A stretch of DNA of 64,000 bases from Thermodesulfobacteriota bacterium (GTDB taxonomy: Bacteria; Desulfobacterota_D; UBA1144; Nemesobacterales; UBA2774): positions 1,472,001 through 1,536,000 of the forward strand of contig OY729416.1 in the NCBI GenBank assembly GCA_963422265.1, read 5' to 3'. The translations under genes were made by a program, and so were the position numbers. Below the pieces are notes generated by a model. The model saw only the letters and a program-made list of their open reading frames with translations, was not told the origin of the DNA and did not search any database. Of the stretch, positions 9,466 to 18,458 are shown piece after piece. Positions within the stretch are counted from its first letter, which is position 1, and each line of letters begins with the position of its first letter.

Positions 9466-10767
9466 ATGACTACCTCAGTCTCAAATACAAAAAAGCGCGG
9501 CGAAGCGCTTAGCTGGTGCATGTATGATTGGGCAAACTCCGCTTTCGCGACTACCGTCATGGCAGCCTTGCTCCCGGTCTACTACAGCAGGGTTGCAGGA
9601 GCCGGCTTATCGCCTAGCACCGCTACGGTATATTGGGCATATACTACTGTCATAGCCCTGCTTATCACGGCGCTTTTAGCCCCTATAATGGGCGCAATAG
9701 CAGATTACAAGGGTTACAAAAAGAGGTTTCTCGCTGCTTTTGCGGCGCTCGGCGTCTTCGCCACGGCGCTTCTATATTTTGTAACTACCGGTGATTGGAT
9801 CATAGCATCCTTGTTTTACGTGATAGGCAACGTGGGTTTTGCAAGCTCGGAAGTGTTCTATAACTCTCTATTGCCCAACGTGGCAGAGCCGCAACGCATG
9901 GATTATTTATCCACGAAGGGCTACGCCCTGGGCTACCTCGGCGGGGGCGTCTTACTCGGCGTAAACGTTCTGATGATTGAGCTTATGCAAGATAAAGAAC
10001 TGGCTACGCGCCTCTCCTTTGTTGCTGCGTCAATATGGTGGGCGGTCTTTACTATTCCCATACTGCTTAACGTAAGAGAATCTAAAACGCTTAATAAAAA
10101 CGCAAGTAAGGAGAGCCTCCCCGCGCTAGGAGTCGGAGACGCGCTCTCTACTGGCTTTACGAGACTCTTGAAAACCTTTAAGGAGCTTAGGAGACACAGG
10201 GAACCATTCCTCTTTCTCATAGCCTTTTGGGTTTATAACGACGGAATAGGCACAATAATAAAAATGGCGACGATTTACGGAGTTGAGGTTGGTATCGACC
10301 AAATGGCTCTCATAGGAGCGCTCCTAATGACCCAATTCGTAGGTATTCCCTTTTCATTAGCCTTTGGCAGATTGGCGGGTTACATAGGCGCTAAAAACTC
10401 TATCTTTATCGGACTGATCTCTTACACGTTGATCTCTATAGGTGGTTACTTCATGCAAACGGCGCTCCATTTCTGGACGCTGGCATTTTTCGTAGGAGTC
10501 GTGCAGGGGGGCACCCAGGCGCTAAGCAGGTCGTTTTTTGGTTCTATGCTACCTAAAGCTAAGACGGCAGAGTTCTTTGGCTTCTACGGAATGAGTTCAA
10601 AGCTTGCGGGAATCGCAGGACCGCTCTTATTTGCAGTCGTCTCTCAGATAGCTGGCTCAAGTCGCTTGAGCATAGTATCTCTAATAGTATTTTTCATCTT
10701 GGGGGGCGCTTTGCTGAGCCTTGTAAATGAGAGGAAAGGCGTATGCGCGGCTAAACATTATAGATAA
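9466..10767 (+). CDS. MFS transporter, UMF1/Atg22 family
   Basis: 'WCMYDWANSAF', 'YNSLLP', 'GGTQALSRS', 12-TM pattern. Confidence 0.88.
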   Translation: MTTSVSNTKKRGEALSWCMYDWANSAFATTVMAALLPVYYSRVAGAGLSPSTATVYWAYTTVIALLITALLAPIMGAIADYKGYKKRFLAAFAALGVFATALLYFVTTGDWIIASLFYVIGNVGFASSEVFYNSLLPNVAEPQRMDYLSTKGYALGYLGGGVLLGVNVLMIELMQDKELATRLSFVAASIWWAVFTIPILLNVRESKTLNKNASKESLPALGVGDALSTGFTRLLKTFKELRRHREPFLFLIAFWVYNDGIGTIIKMATIYGVEVGIDQMALIGALLMTQFVGIPFSLAFGRLAGYIGAKNSIFIGLISYTLISIGGYFMQTALHFWTLAFFVGVVQGGTQALSRSFFGSMLPKAKTAEFFGFYGMSSKLAGIAGPLLFAVVSQIAGSSRLSIVSLIVFFILGGALLSLVNERKGVCAAKHYR

Positions 10768-10861
10768 AGTTATACAACCCCCTTTTGTAGAGAAAGAAAT
10801 TCTCTGTTTTCAGTAACGAATGAGCTTAACTACCTGTCAACATTGAAAATAAAAAAGATGC

Positions 10862-10891
10862 TTGACAACATACTCAGCCGTCCGTTATTAT
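10862..10891 (+). promoter_or_regulatory. sigma70-type promoter of dnaA
   Basis: TTGACA-N18-TATTAT, followed by DnaA-box-like sites (ttgtccaca 10942, tgttgataa 10966). Confidence 0.5.
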
Positions 10892-11010
10892 GAGTTCGCC
10901 TGTTTTATTGCTGCATATCTTGTCCAAATCCTACTATCAAAGTTGTCCACATGCTGTTGACTGCCTGTTGATAACCTGTATTTATGTTAACGGAGGGTTA
11001 ATAGGAAAAG

Positions 11011-12567
11011 ATGGAAGAAGAAACAAAACTCATCAAATACGATTTGAGGTCGGTTTTTTCAAAACTAAGCGAGGGTGAGAATAAAGGGCTGGAGATATTA
11101 ATAAAGCAGGCTATTCGTCAGGACGAAACAACGGCAAGATGCTTTCCTACGCGCTTTAAACCTGAAACTGAACGGACGGAACACCAAGCTAGAAAAGCAT
11201 CCTGGAAAAAGGTTTTAGAGATTATAGAGAGAAAGTCCAATCCGCAGGTATTCTCTTGGTTTACCCCTCTAAAAGCTTTGGTAGAAAGCGAAAAGAGTCT
11301 TGCTCTTGAAGCGAGCAGCGAGTTTGATAGAGACTGGATAAACAACAATTACATGGGTTTTATTAAAGAGGCTGTGGAAGAATTATACGGCGACGCGGTC
11401 GAGCTGAAAATCGTATCGCCCCTTCAGCAACCCCAGGACCGGGAGGACCAGGACACTACGCTCCAAAACACATTTAGCCATGGAAAAGAATCCGCTCCTA
11501 AAGGAGGACACAAAAAACGTGACGAAGGACACCCAAAATTAAACCCAAACTACTCATTCGACAGATTCATCGTAGGGCCTAGCAACCAGTTTCCCCATGC
11601 TGCTTCAGTAGCAGTCGCAACTAATCCGGGCAAGGCTTATAACCCCCTATTTATTCACGGAGGGGTTGGGCTTGGCAAAACACATTTACTTAACGCAATT
11701 GGGAACTATATAAAAAGCTCACAGCCCAATGCAAGGATATGTTGCATCTCAGCAGAGAGTTTTACAAATCAGATGATAAATAGCATAAAGTCTAACAGAA
11801 TGGAAGAGTTTAGAAGCAGATACAGATTCGGGTGCGATGTTTTATTAATTGACGACGTGCAGTTCATTGCAGGAAAGGAAAGCACGCAGGAAGAATTTTT
11901 TCATACCTTCAACACCCTTTACGAATCAAAAAAACAGATTGCGCTTACAAGCGATAAATCCCCAAAGGATATGTCGTATTTAGAAGAGAGGCTCCGCTCC
12001 AGATTCGAATGGGGACTCATAACCGATATACAACCCCCAGAGACCGAAACCCGGACAGCTATCATAAAGAACAAGACGGATTCAGAAAGAGTCGCGGTTT
12101 CAGATGAAGTAGCACTTTATTTAGCTAAAAACACATCTTCAAATGTTAGAGAGCTTGAGGGGATGCTCACTAACATAATAGCCCGCGCAAGACTGCTGAA
12201 TACCGAAATTTCACTAGAACTTGCTAAAGACGTTCTAAAGACCATTGTAAAAAAACAGGAAAAGAAGCCTCTTACCATAGAATTTATACAAGGAGAGGTA
12301 GCTAAATTCTACGGATTAAAGATAAGCGAGCTAAAATCTGAAAGAAAGCAGAAGAATATAATCCAGCCTAGACAAACTGCAATGTATTTAGCAAGAAAAT
12401 GTATAGGGGCATCATATCCTGAGATAGGTGAAAAATTCGGTGGCAAGGATCACTCCACCGTTATCCACGCCGTCAAGAAAATAGAAAAGAATCTAGCCGA
12501 AGACCACTCCTTAGCAAAGACCTTGGATTTCTTCTCTCAAAAATTTGAAACGTTAACTCAGGAGTAA
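11011..12567 (+). CDS. dnaA: Chromosomal replication initiator DnaA
   Basis: 'YNPLFIHGGVGLGKTHLL', 'LLIDDVQF', 'RLRSRFEWGL', 'GGKDHSTVIHA'. Confidence 0.98.
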   Translation: MEEETKLIKYDLRSVFSKLSEGENKGLEILIKQAIRQDETTARCFPTRFKPETERTEHQARKASWKKVLEIIERKSNPQVFSWFTPLKALVESEKSLALEASSEFDRDWINNNYMGFIKEAVEELYGDAVELKIVSPLQQPQDREDQDTTLQNTFSHGKESAPKGGHKKRDEGHPKLNPNYSFDRFIVGPSNQFPHAASVAVATNPGKAYNPLFIHGGVGLGKTHLLNAIGNYIKSSQPNARICCISAESFTNQMINSIKSNRMEEFRSRYRFGCDVLLIDDVQFIAGKESTQEEFFHTFNTLYESKKQIALTSDKSPKDMSYLEERLRSRFEWGLITDIQPPETETRTAIIKNKTDSERVAVSDEVALYLAKNTSSNVRELEGMLTNIIARARLLNTEISLELAKDVLKTIVKKQEKKPLTIEFIQGEVAKFYGLKISELKSERKQKNIIQPRQTAMYLARKCIGASYPEIGEKFGGKDHSTVIHAVKKIEKNLAEDHSLAKTLDFFSQKFETLTQE

Positions 12568-12804
12568 AAGATGTGTATAAATTGTGGAATAATTTCCAAC
12601 CACTCTGTGTATAAACTTAACTATAAGGCTTCTGTGGATAAAGCTTAAAAGAGACTCCATGCTTTCAACATAATTATCAACATGAAAAGACTAATATATA
12701 TAGTAGGATAGGATACTTTTACACAAGTCAACAGTTCCTACTAGTACTACTATTGAATATTTAGAATAATTTCTTTTATTAATCATAGTGAGGGAGTAAT
12801 AGTT
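12568..12804. other. Replication origin oriC (dnaA-dnaN intergenic)
   Basis: DnaA boxes tgtgtataa (12572, 12606), tgtggataa (12633), ttatcaaca (12674), ttttacaca (12717); trio-like ctactagtactactat (12738-12753) and an AT-rich stretch. The plus strand appears, by eye, to become G/T-richer downstream. Confidence 0.88.
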
Positions 12805-14067
12805 ATGAGATTTAGAACCCAAGTAGAAAATTTCTCGTTAAGACTAGGGTTGGTTCAGGGTATTTCTGAAAGGCGCGCCGCCATGCCAGTATTATCCCAC
12901 GTCCTAGTTACAGCCAAAGAAGACAAGATAGAGATTTGCGCGACAGATTTAGAAACCACAATGGTGACCTGGTGTCCGGCTGACGTCGTGCAGCAAGGTA
13001 GTTTAGCCTTGCCAGCGAGAAAGCTGTTTGAAATAGTGAGGGAGTTGTTAAGCGGAGACTCTGCCCGTGAAGGAGAGATTGAAATAGATGAGATAGGCAA
13101 CCATTGGGTAGAGGTTAAATCTCTCTCCACGAATTTTAAGATAGCCGGGTTGCCTAGCGAAGATTTTCCTATAATTCCTGAGTTTAAATCGGATTCCCTT
13201 CTCTCTCTAAAGAGCTCCGTTGTTGAAGCAATGATATCAAAGACTATATTTGCGGTGTCCTCCGATGAGCTAAGAAGAAACTTAGCCGGGATATTTTTTG
13301 ACGGGAGCAATGCCCCAAACCAGTCTTTAGAATCCACCCGTGAGGGATCCCAAGGCAGCTCCCTAAGGTTGGTAGCGACTGATGGGCATCGCTTGTCTAT
13401 CGTAGAAAATAGTATGGACGTCGTCACTAATCTTGACAAACAAAGTGCCGTTGAGGGTGAACAGGTGGTTCAAGATAGTGAAGACGCCAGTCCAGAACTT
13501 ATTTTAGGTTTTGGCGAAGGTTTTGTCGTTCCTAAAAAAGGGGTTGCTGAGCTTAGAAAGATTTTGAGGCTATCAGAAACCGTTAGGATAGGACTGGGGG
13601 AGAATTTCTTCACGGCTGAAGGCGAAGAGATAATACTTATTTCAAGGCTAATAGACGCTGAATTTCCCAATTATGAGCAAGTTATTCCTAAATCTTCTAA
13701 GACAACTATTATAATTACTCGTAGTGAGTTTTTAGGTGCTCTAAAGAGGGTATCTATACTTTCATCTGAAAAAACCAGGGGTGTAAAGTTTAAATTAGGT
13801 CAGGATGGCATAACCCTAGTTACCATATCTCCAGAAGTAGGGGAGGCTAAGGAACTTGTGCCGGCAGAGTATTCCGGAGAGCCTATGGAGCTTGGATTTA
13901 ACTCAAGGTATTTATTGGACGTTTTAGAGGTAATAACTCATGATAAGGTGCAGTTAGGTCTGACGGACGAGCTCAGCCCTGTCGTAATCAAGCCTGATCC
14001 TGAAACAAGTTCTGGACTGGTTGAAGGGGAGTCTTACCTGTCCGTTATAATGCCTATGAGGATTTAA
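12805..14067 (+). CDS. dnaN: DNA polymerase III beta clamp, enlarged by loop insertions
   Basis: 'ATDLE', 'LVATDGHRL', 'SRLIDAEFPNY', 'VIMPMRI'; 420 aa. Confidence 0.97.
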   Translation: MRFRTQVENFSLRLGLVQGISERRAAMPVLSHVLVTAKEDKIEICATDLETTMVTWCPADVVQQGSLALPARKLFEIVRELLSGDSAREGEIEIDEIGNHWVEVKSLSTNFKIAGLPSEDFPIIPEFKSDSLLSLKSSVVEAMISKTIFAVSSDELRRNLAGIFFDGSNAPNQSLESTREGSQGSSLRLVATDGHRLSIVENSMDVVTNLDKQSAVEGEQVVQDSEDASPELILGFGEGFVVPKKGVAELRKILRLSETVRIGLGENFFTAEGEEIILISRLIDAEFPNYEQVIPKSSKTTIIITRSEFLGALKRVSILSSEKTRGVKFKLGQDGITLVTISPEVGEAKELVPAEYSGEPMELGFNSRYLLDVLEVITHDKVQLGLTDELSPVVIKPDPETSSGLVEGESYLSVIMPMRI

Positions 14068-14080
14068 TCCCCCCCATTAT

Positions 14081-14863
14081 ATGTTGGACCTGCTATTCCC
14101 TAATACGTGTGCTTACTGCGAAAGGATGACCACCGAATGCTATAGCCGAAATCACCAATTGTTAGGAAGCAAGGCTATATGTGATGAGTGCAGTGGCAGC
14201 ATAAGATTTATAGATAGGTTTTCCAGTTGCTCTAAGTGTGGGGTTCCATTCGGCTTTTTCGTATCTTCCGCCGAGCATTCTCCGATTACCCATGAATCAG
14301 AAAATAACTCGGCTACGAATAATCATTTATGCTCCGACTGCTTAAAAGGGAAATTCCATTTTAATAAGTCTAGGTCCGTTGCTTTATACGAAGGCAAAAT
14401 AAGAGATATGATTCATAAGTTTAAGTATGATGGGTATTTGGTTTTTGGAGATTCCCTGTCCGACGTATTGGTAATGAACTTGCCTCAAGACTTGGATGAG
14501 TTTGAGTTGATAGTTCCCGTTCCACTCTACATAGGTAAACTTAGAGCAAGGGAATTTAATCACTCAGCCATCTTCGCCAATGCGTTATCCCGTTCTACCG
14601 GGGTGAAGTGCGATGTTATGGGGCTAAAGAAAATTAGAGAAACAAGACCACAATTTCAAATTAAGGGTGAGATTGAAAGGCAAAAGAATGTAAAAGGGGC
14701 ATTCTCTGCTCCTGTTCCACACAGTTTCAGACGTAAGTCGGTACTGATTGTGGATGATGTGTTTACAACCGGATCAACTAGCGACGAGTGTGCTAAAATC
14801 CTGTTTAGATCGGGGGCGTCTCTGGTTCAAGTACTCACGATTGCAAGGGCGAAAGCTATGTAG
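14081..14863 (+). CDS. comF: ComF family protein (zinc ribbon + PRTase)
   Basis: 'LFPNTCAYC', multiple CxxC, 'LIVDDVFTTGST'. Confidence 0.9.
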   Translation: MLDLLFPNTCAYCERMTTECYSRNHQLLGSKAICDECSGSIRFIDRFSSCSKCGVPFGFFVSSAEHSPITHESENNSATNNHLCSDCLKGKFHFNKSRSVALYEGKIRDMIHKFKYDGYLVFGDSLSDVLVMNLPQDLDEFELIVPVPLYIGKLRAREFNHSAIFANALSRSTGVKCDVMGLKKIRETRPQFQIKGEIERQKNVKGAFSAPVPHSFRRKSVLIVDDVFTTGSTSDECAKILFRSGASLVQVLTIARAKAM

Positions 14864-14999
14864 GATAAGTTTGACTTTGAAATACTTTTGTTTTAGAATT
14901 GGTATCTTACTTAAAAGCGTAGTTTTTAAGAGCGTGTAGAACTAAGATGCGTAATTTTAGACTATTAGGAGTGTAGAATATGGAGTGTGGTGCACAGTA

Positions 15000-16463
15000 A
15001 TGTACGGAAGGTTTGCAGGACTGGACGTAGGTAGAAAAGGGACAAGAATCTCCTTAATCAAAAGAGGGTTGAGGGAAACCCGGTTGCTCCGAACAATCCA
15101 CTCGAGCTCTTTGGACGAGGTTTTTAATGATAAATCTTTACCTAGAGGCGACTTAGCCGTTTCTTTGGCGTCTTCCCCGGTTTCTATTAGGTCAATCGGG
15201 TTTCCCTTCGCGGACCATAAGAAGATTGATCAAACTTACGAGTATGAGCTAGAGAGCGTGTCCACATTTGATCCGCGTGAAAAAATACATGCTTACCATC
15301 TCGTCAAGAGAGAAAAGGGAGCGGAAGCCCTGACTTGCGTTTTTGAAAAGTCCCAATTGGCAAAGCTGCTTGATTCTTACAATAAGGCTAAAATTGACCC
15401 TAAGGTTGTTACTTACGGTGCTATTGCCTTAGGGGCTTTGGATGGAGTGGTTGAAGGTGCTAGACCGCTTATCTTAATTGATATAGGGGATGTGGAAGTG
15501 TGCTTTACGCTGTTTGATAATAGGGGGGTCAGGCTAGTCAGGTCGTCAGAAGAGCCAATATCCTCGCTTTATGAAGGTATAGGTCAGAAGCTGGGCTTGT
15601 CTGATAACGAGGTCGATTTTTCGAAGCTGAACGTTAATCAGGAATCTCTTAAGGAATGTTTGGCGCATTTAATTAGAGAAATAAAAAGGACTATCAAATT
15701 CTTTGAGATTGAGTTGGAAGACGAGGTTAAGACCGTCCTGATTTCAGGCTTGGCGTCTAAAATCCCTGGTTTGAGGGATTTATTAAAGCGGGAGCTTAAT
15801 AGGGACGTTGGGTATGTACTTATACCTGATCTGGGGGTTGACCAATCTCCCGCGTTTGCCAAATCGTATGCGCTCGCCCTATACGGTGGCGTTTTTAAGA
15901 AAGGATATTTGAATTTTAGAAAGGGCGAATTTAGTTACGTAGGGGCGGGCTGGGAGCTTAGAAAGGCGTTTGCGACTCCTGCCATATTGCTCGCAACGCT
16001 TATTTTTCTTCTCCTGTTCAGTTCCGCTCTGCGCTACTTTGATCTGAGTAGTCGTGTGAGAACAGTGGACGCTCAGATTGCCCAGATTGTTAAGGATACT
16101 TTTCCAAAAGTCGAGGTGATTCCCAAACCGGATGAATTTATGGAAAACGAAGTCGCTAAGGTTAGGAGTAGGTTCAATCTCATGCAAGGGGCGGGGAGTG
16201 AGCCTAGCCCGCTAGACGTTTTGCGAGCCATATCTGAGAGTCTCCCGGAAAGTCTTAGTTTGACCGTGAATGAGATTAGGTTCGAGGGCACTAACAGGGT
16301 TAAGATAAGAGGAATATGCAACTCATATCAAGAGGTGACCGAGATAGAGGAAGCCCTTTCTAAATCAGGCGTATTTGAGACAGTTAAAAGAGATCAGACG
16401 GGTAACGCCGTTGACGGCAAGACTAAGTTTGAAATATCCACGATGTTAAAGTCGAAGGTGTAA
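15000..16463 (+). CDS. gspL: Type II secretion GspL / PilM-PilN-like assembly protein
   Basis: Actin-like N-terminus ('AGLDVG', 'LIDIG'), 'LNFRKGEF', one TM helix, PilN-like periplasmic domain; followed by GspM- and GspN-like genes. Confidence 0.7.
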   Translation: MYGRFAGLDVGRKGTRISLIKRGLRETRLLRTIHSSSLDEVFNDKSLPRGDLAVSLASSPVSIRSIGFPFADHKKIDQTYEYELESVSTFDPREKIHAYHLVKREKGAEALTCVFEKSQLAKLLDSYNKAKIDPKVVTYGAIALGALDGVVEGARPLILIDIGDVEVCFTLFDNRGVRLVRSSEEPISSLYEGIGQKLGLSDNEVDFSKLNVNQESLKECLAHLIREIKRTIKFFEIELEDEVKTVLISGLASKIPGLRDLLKRELNRDVGYVLIPDLGVDQSPAFAKSYALALYGGVFKKGYLNFRKGEFSYVGAGWELRKAFATPAILLATLIFLLLFSSALRYFDLSSRVRTVDAQIAQIVKDTFPKVEVIPKPDEFMENEVAKVRSRFNLMQGAGSEPSPLDVLRAISESLPESLSLTVNEIRFEGTNRVKIRGICNSYQEVTEIEEALSKSGVFETVKRDQTGNAVDGKTKFEISTMLKSKV

Positions 16464-16470
16464 TGGAAGT

Positions 16471-17070
16471 ATGGACGTAAGCGCTCTGGTCTATAGGATA
16501 AAAGAGTTTGTTGCTCAGGTTCGTGAGAGAGCACAGGTTTTTTCAATAGCTGAAAGGGATAGAAAAATCCTATTGATGGGTTTGTGCATGCTTTTCATTA
16601 TTCTCCTTTCCCTTGTTTTTCACTCGTTTTCATCAGGAGCTGAACAGCTTGAGAGGCAGGCGCGGCAGCTTGAGGCGCGGCTCGGCAACGTAGAGGCACT
16701 TAGCGTTGCATACAGGGGTTTTCAGGAGAGGTTCAAAGAGCTTTCTAGTAAAGTAGAGAAGGATGAGGGTCCTCTCATATCGGTGGTCGAAAAGATACTT
16801 TTATCCGGGCAAATTGACAGAAGAAGGTTTTCTATAAGGGACGTAAATTCACCGGCTTTAGAATCGGACGATTTCTTCGAAGAACAGAGCGTGGACGTTG
16901 AGCTCAAAAAGATACCGCTAAACGACTTGGTTGGGGTATTGTATAAGATTCAGACGAAGTCGTCTTTTTTGAAGGTGTCGAACTTAAGCATTAGCACTAG
17001 ATTCGATAAATCGGACGCGATGAACGTTAGACTCAGGGTGTCGACCTATAGGATCAAGCAGGTGAGTTGA
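16471..17070 (+). CDS. gspM: Type II secretion GspM-like protein
   Basis: 'AERDRKIL' + TM + coiled coil + 'VDVELKKIPLNDLVGVLYKI'. Confidence 0.7.
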   Translation: MDVSALVYRIKEFVAQVRERAQVFSIAERDRKILLMGLCMLFIILLSLVFHSFSSGAEQLERQARQLEARLGNVEALSVAYRGFQERFKELSSKVEKDEGPLISVVEKILLSGQIDRRRFSIRDVNSPALESDDFFEEQSVDVELKKIPLNDLVGVLYKIQTKSSFLKVSNLSISTRFDKSDAMNVRLRVSTYRIKQVS

Positions 17071-17071
17071 A

Positions 17072-17968
17072 ATGAGAGGGAAAATCGCGGAAAAAATTAC
17101 ACGATTTAGGTATCTTAAACCGCTCTCTTACGCCCTATTGTTCATATTTGCATTTATTGCCTTTCTGTTCGGTACATTTCCTACTGATATCCTTAAAGGG
17201 AGGATTATAAAAGAGATAGTTGTTAATACCCCGTTTGAGGCTGAAATTAAGAGCATAAAGATTTCGCCGCTTCTCAGCGTCCGCTTAGATGGGATCAAAA
17301 TATACAAATCAAAGGATAGCTTCCTAGAAATAAACAGCTTGAGGATAAATCCTTCGCTATTTGAGGCTGTATCGAAGAATCCTAAAATTCCGTTTGAAGT
17401 CGAGTTTCTGGATGGACAAGCTAAAGGCTCAATTAGATTAAATAAGCAAAATGGAAGCCTGCAAGAGGTGGGAGGAGACATAAAGGGGGTAAGCCTTGAC
17501 CCACTACCCGCGCTCTTGTTTCAGAAGGCTGAGGAAGCCTTGTTGCTGCGCGGCTCTCTAGATGGACAGTTCTACGTTAACTTTGATCCTGTGCCGAGCG
17601 GAGATTTTCAGTTTGATGTAAATGGGCTTGAATTGAGCAACGTTGTGGTTAAGCAAATCACTCTTCCGAGTTTTGGAGGTCTTAGCTCATCGCTAGAGGG
17701 TAGCATTGAAGGGCAAACCACCAAGATAAAGGAATTCAGCATTCGTGGAAATGGTTTGGATCTTCAAGTTACCGGTAGCACCCCGCTAGTTTGGGAATTT
17801 TCCAAAGGGGGTATCGTAGATTTAGCGTATCGGGTTAAAATTACAGGTGGCGAATTTGCCCAATACAAGACGCTTCTGTCAGCCTATCTACCTAAGCAGG
17901 GAGATGGAGGCTTGGGCGGGAAAATTCAAGGCACCGTTAACAGTCCAAGGTTTGAAGCGGGTCTGTGA
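17072..17968 (+). CDS. gspN: Type II secretion GspN-like protein
   Basis: N-terminal TM ending 'TFP', beta-rich body, C-terminal 'IQGTVNSPR'; operon context. Confidence 0.65.
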   Translation: MRGKIAEKITRFRYLKPLSYALLFIFAFIAFLFGTFPTDILKGRIIKEIVVNTPFEAEIKSIKISPLLSVRLDGIKIYKSKDSFLEINSLRINPSLFEAVSKNPKIPFEVEFLDGQAKGSIRLNKQNGSLQEVGGDIKGVSLDPLPALLFQKAEEALLLRGSLDGQFYVNFDPVPSGDFQFDVNGLELSNVVVKQITLPSFGGLSSSLEGSIEGQTTKIKEFSIRGNGLDLQVTGSTPLVWEFSKGGIVDLAYRVKITGGEFAQYKTLLSAYLPKQGDGGLGGKIQGTVNSPRFEAGL

Positions 17969-18416
17969 AGAGAGTCGAGTGTAATTAAAGAGGATCAAAA
18001 GCCCCAGGTAGGTAAGCCGTCACGGCAAGATCCGGGTGCGCCGGTTAAACCAGAGCCGCCGGAGCCAGTAGTAGTTACTGAGTCTTTTCTGCCACTTAAT
18101 ATCATAAAGCCCAACCCCCCTAAAGTGGGTATATTTAGCTATTTTCGCCGCCCTACAAGTGCGGTTCAAGAAATCATTACAAAATTTGAGAACCCGGAGA
18201 GTGATATTGAGAAATAGCTGGGTATCTTTAATAGATTTGCCTACACACAACTTTTTATTACTTGCGTATCTTGTTAAATGACGGCTAAATACGACTAGCG
18301 AAGTATGCGGAGGCGTGAGGTTGGCGTAAAAACTGGTAGTAGAATCGACACCTTTTGTGAATTACCTATCCCCTTTGCGTTTCTTCCCTCCCGTCGTTTC
18401 AGGTTCCCCTCCGAAT

Positions 18417-18445
18417 TTGACACGCTTTTAGGCTGTCGCTATCAT
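18417..18445 (+). promoter_or_regulatory. sigma70-type promoter of pheA
   Basis: TTGACA-N17-TATCAT, 13 nt before the ATG. Confidence 0.65.
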
Positions 18446-18458
18446 CATTGAGGTACTG

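Noticed and set aside
10890-11078. 62-aa ORF upstream of dnaA as rpmH
   Set aside because: No L34 motif; overlaps the dnaA promoter and DnaA boxes.
18000-18090. GC-rich stretch as SRP or 6S RNA
   Set aside because: No SRP helix-8 (CAGG..GGAA..AGCAG) motif or long hairpin; better explained by the open Pro-rich frame.
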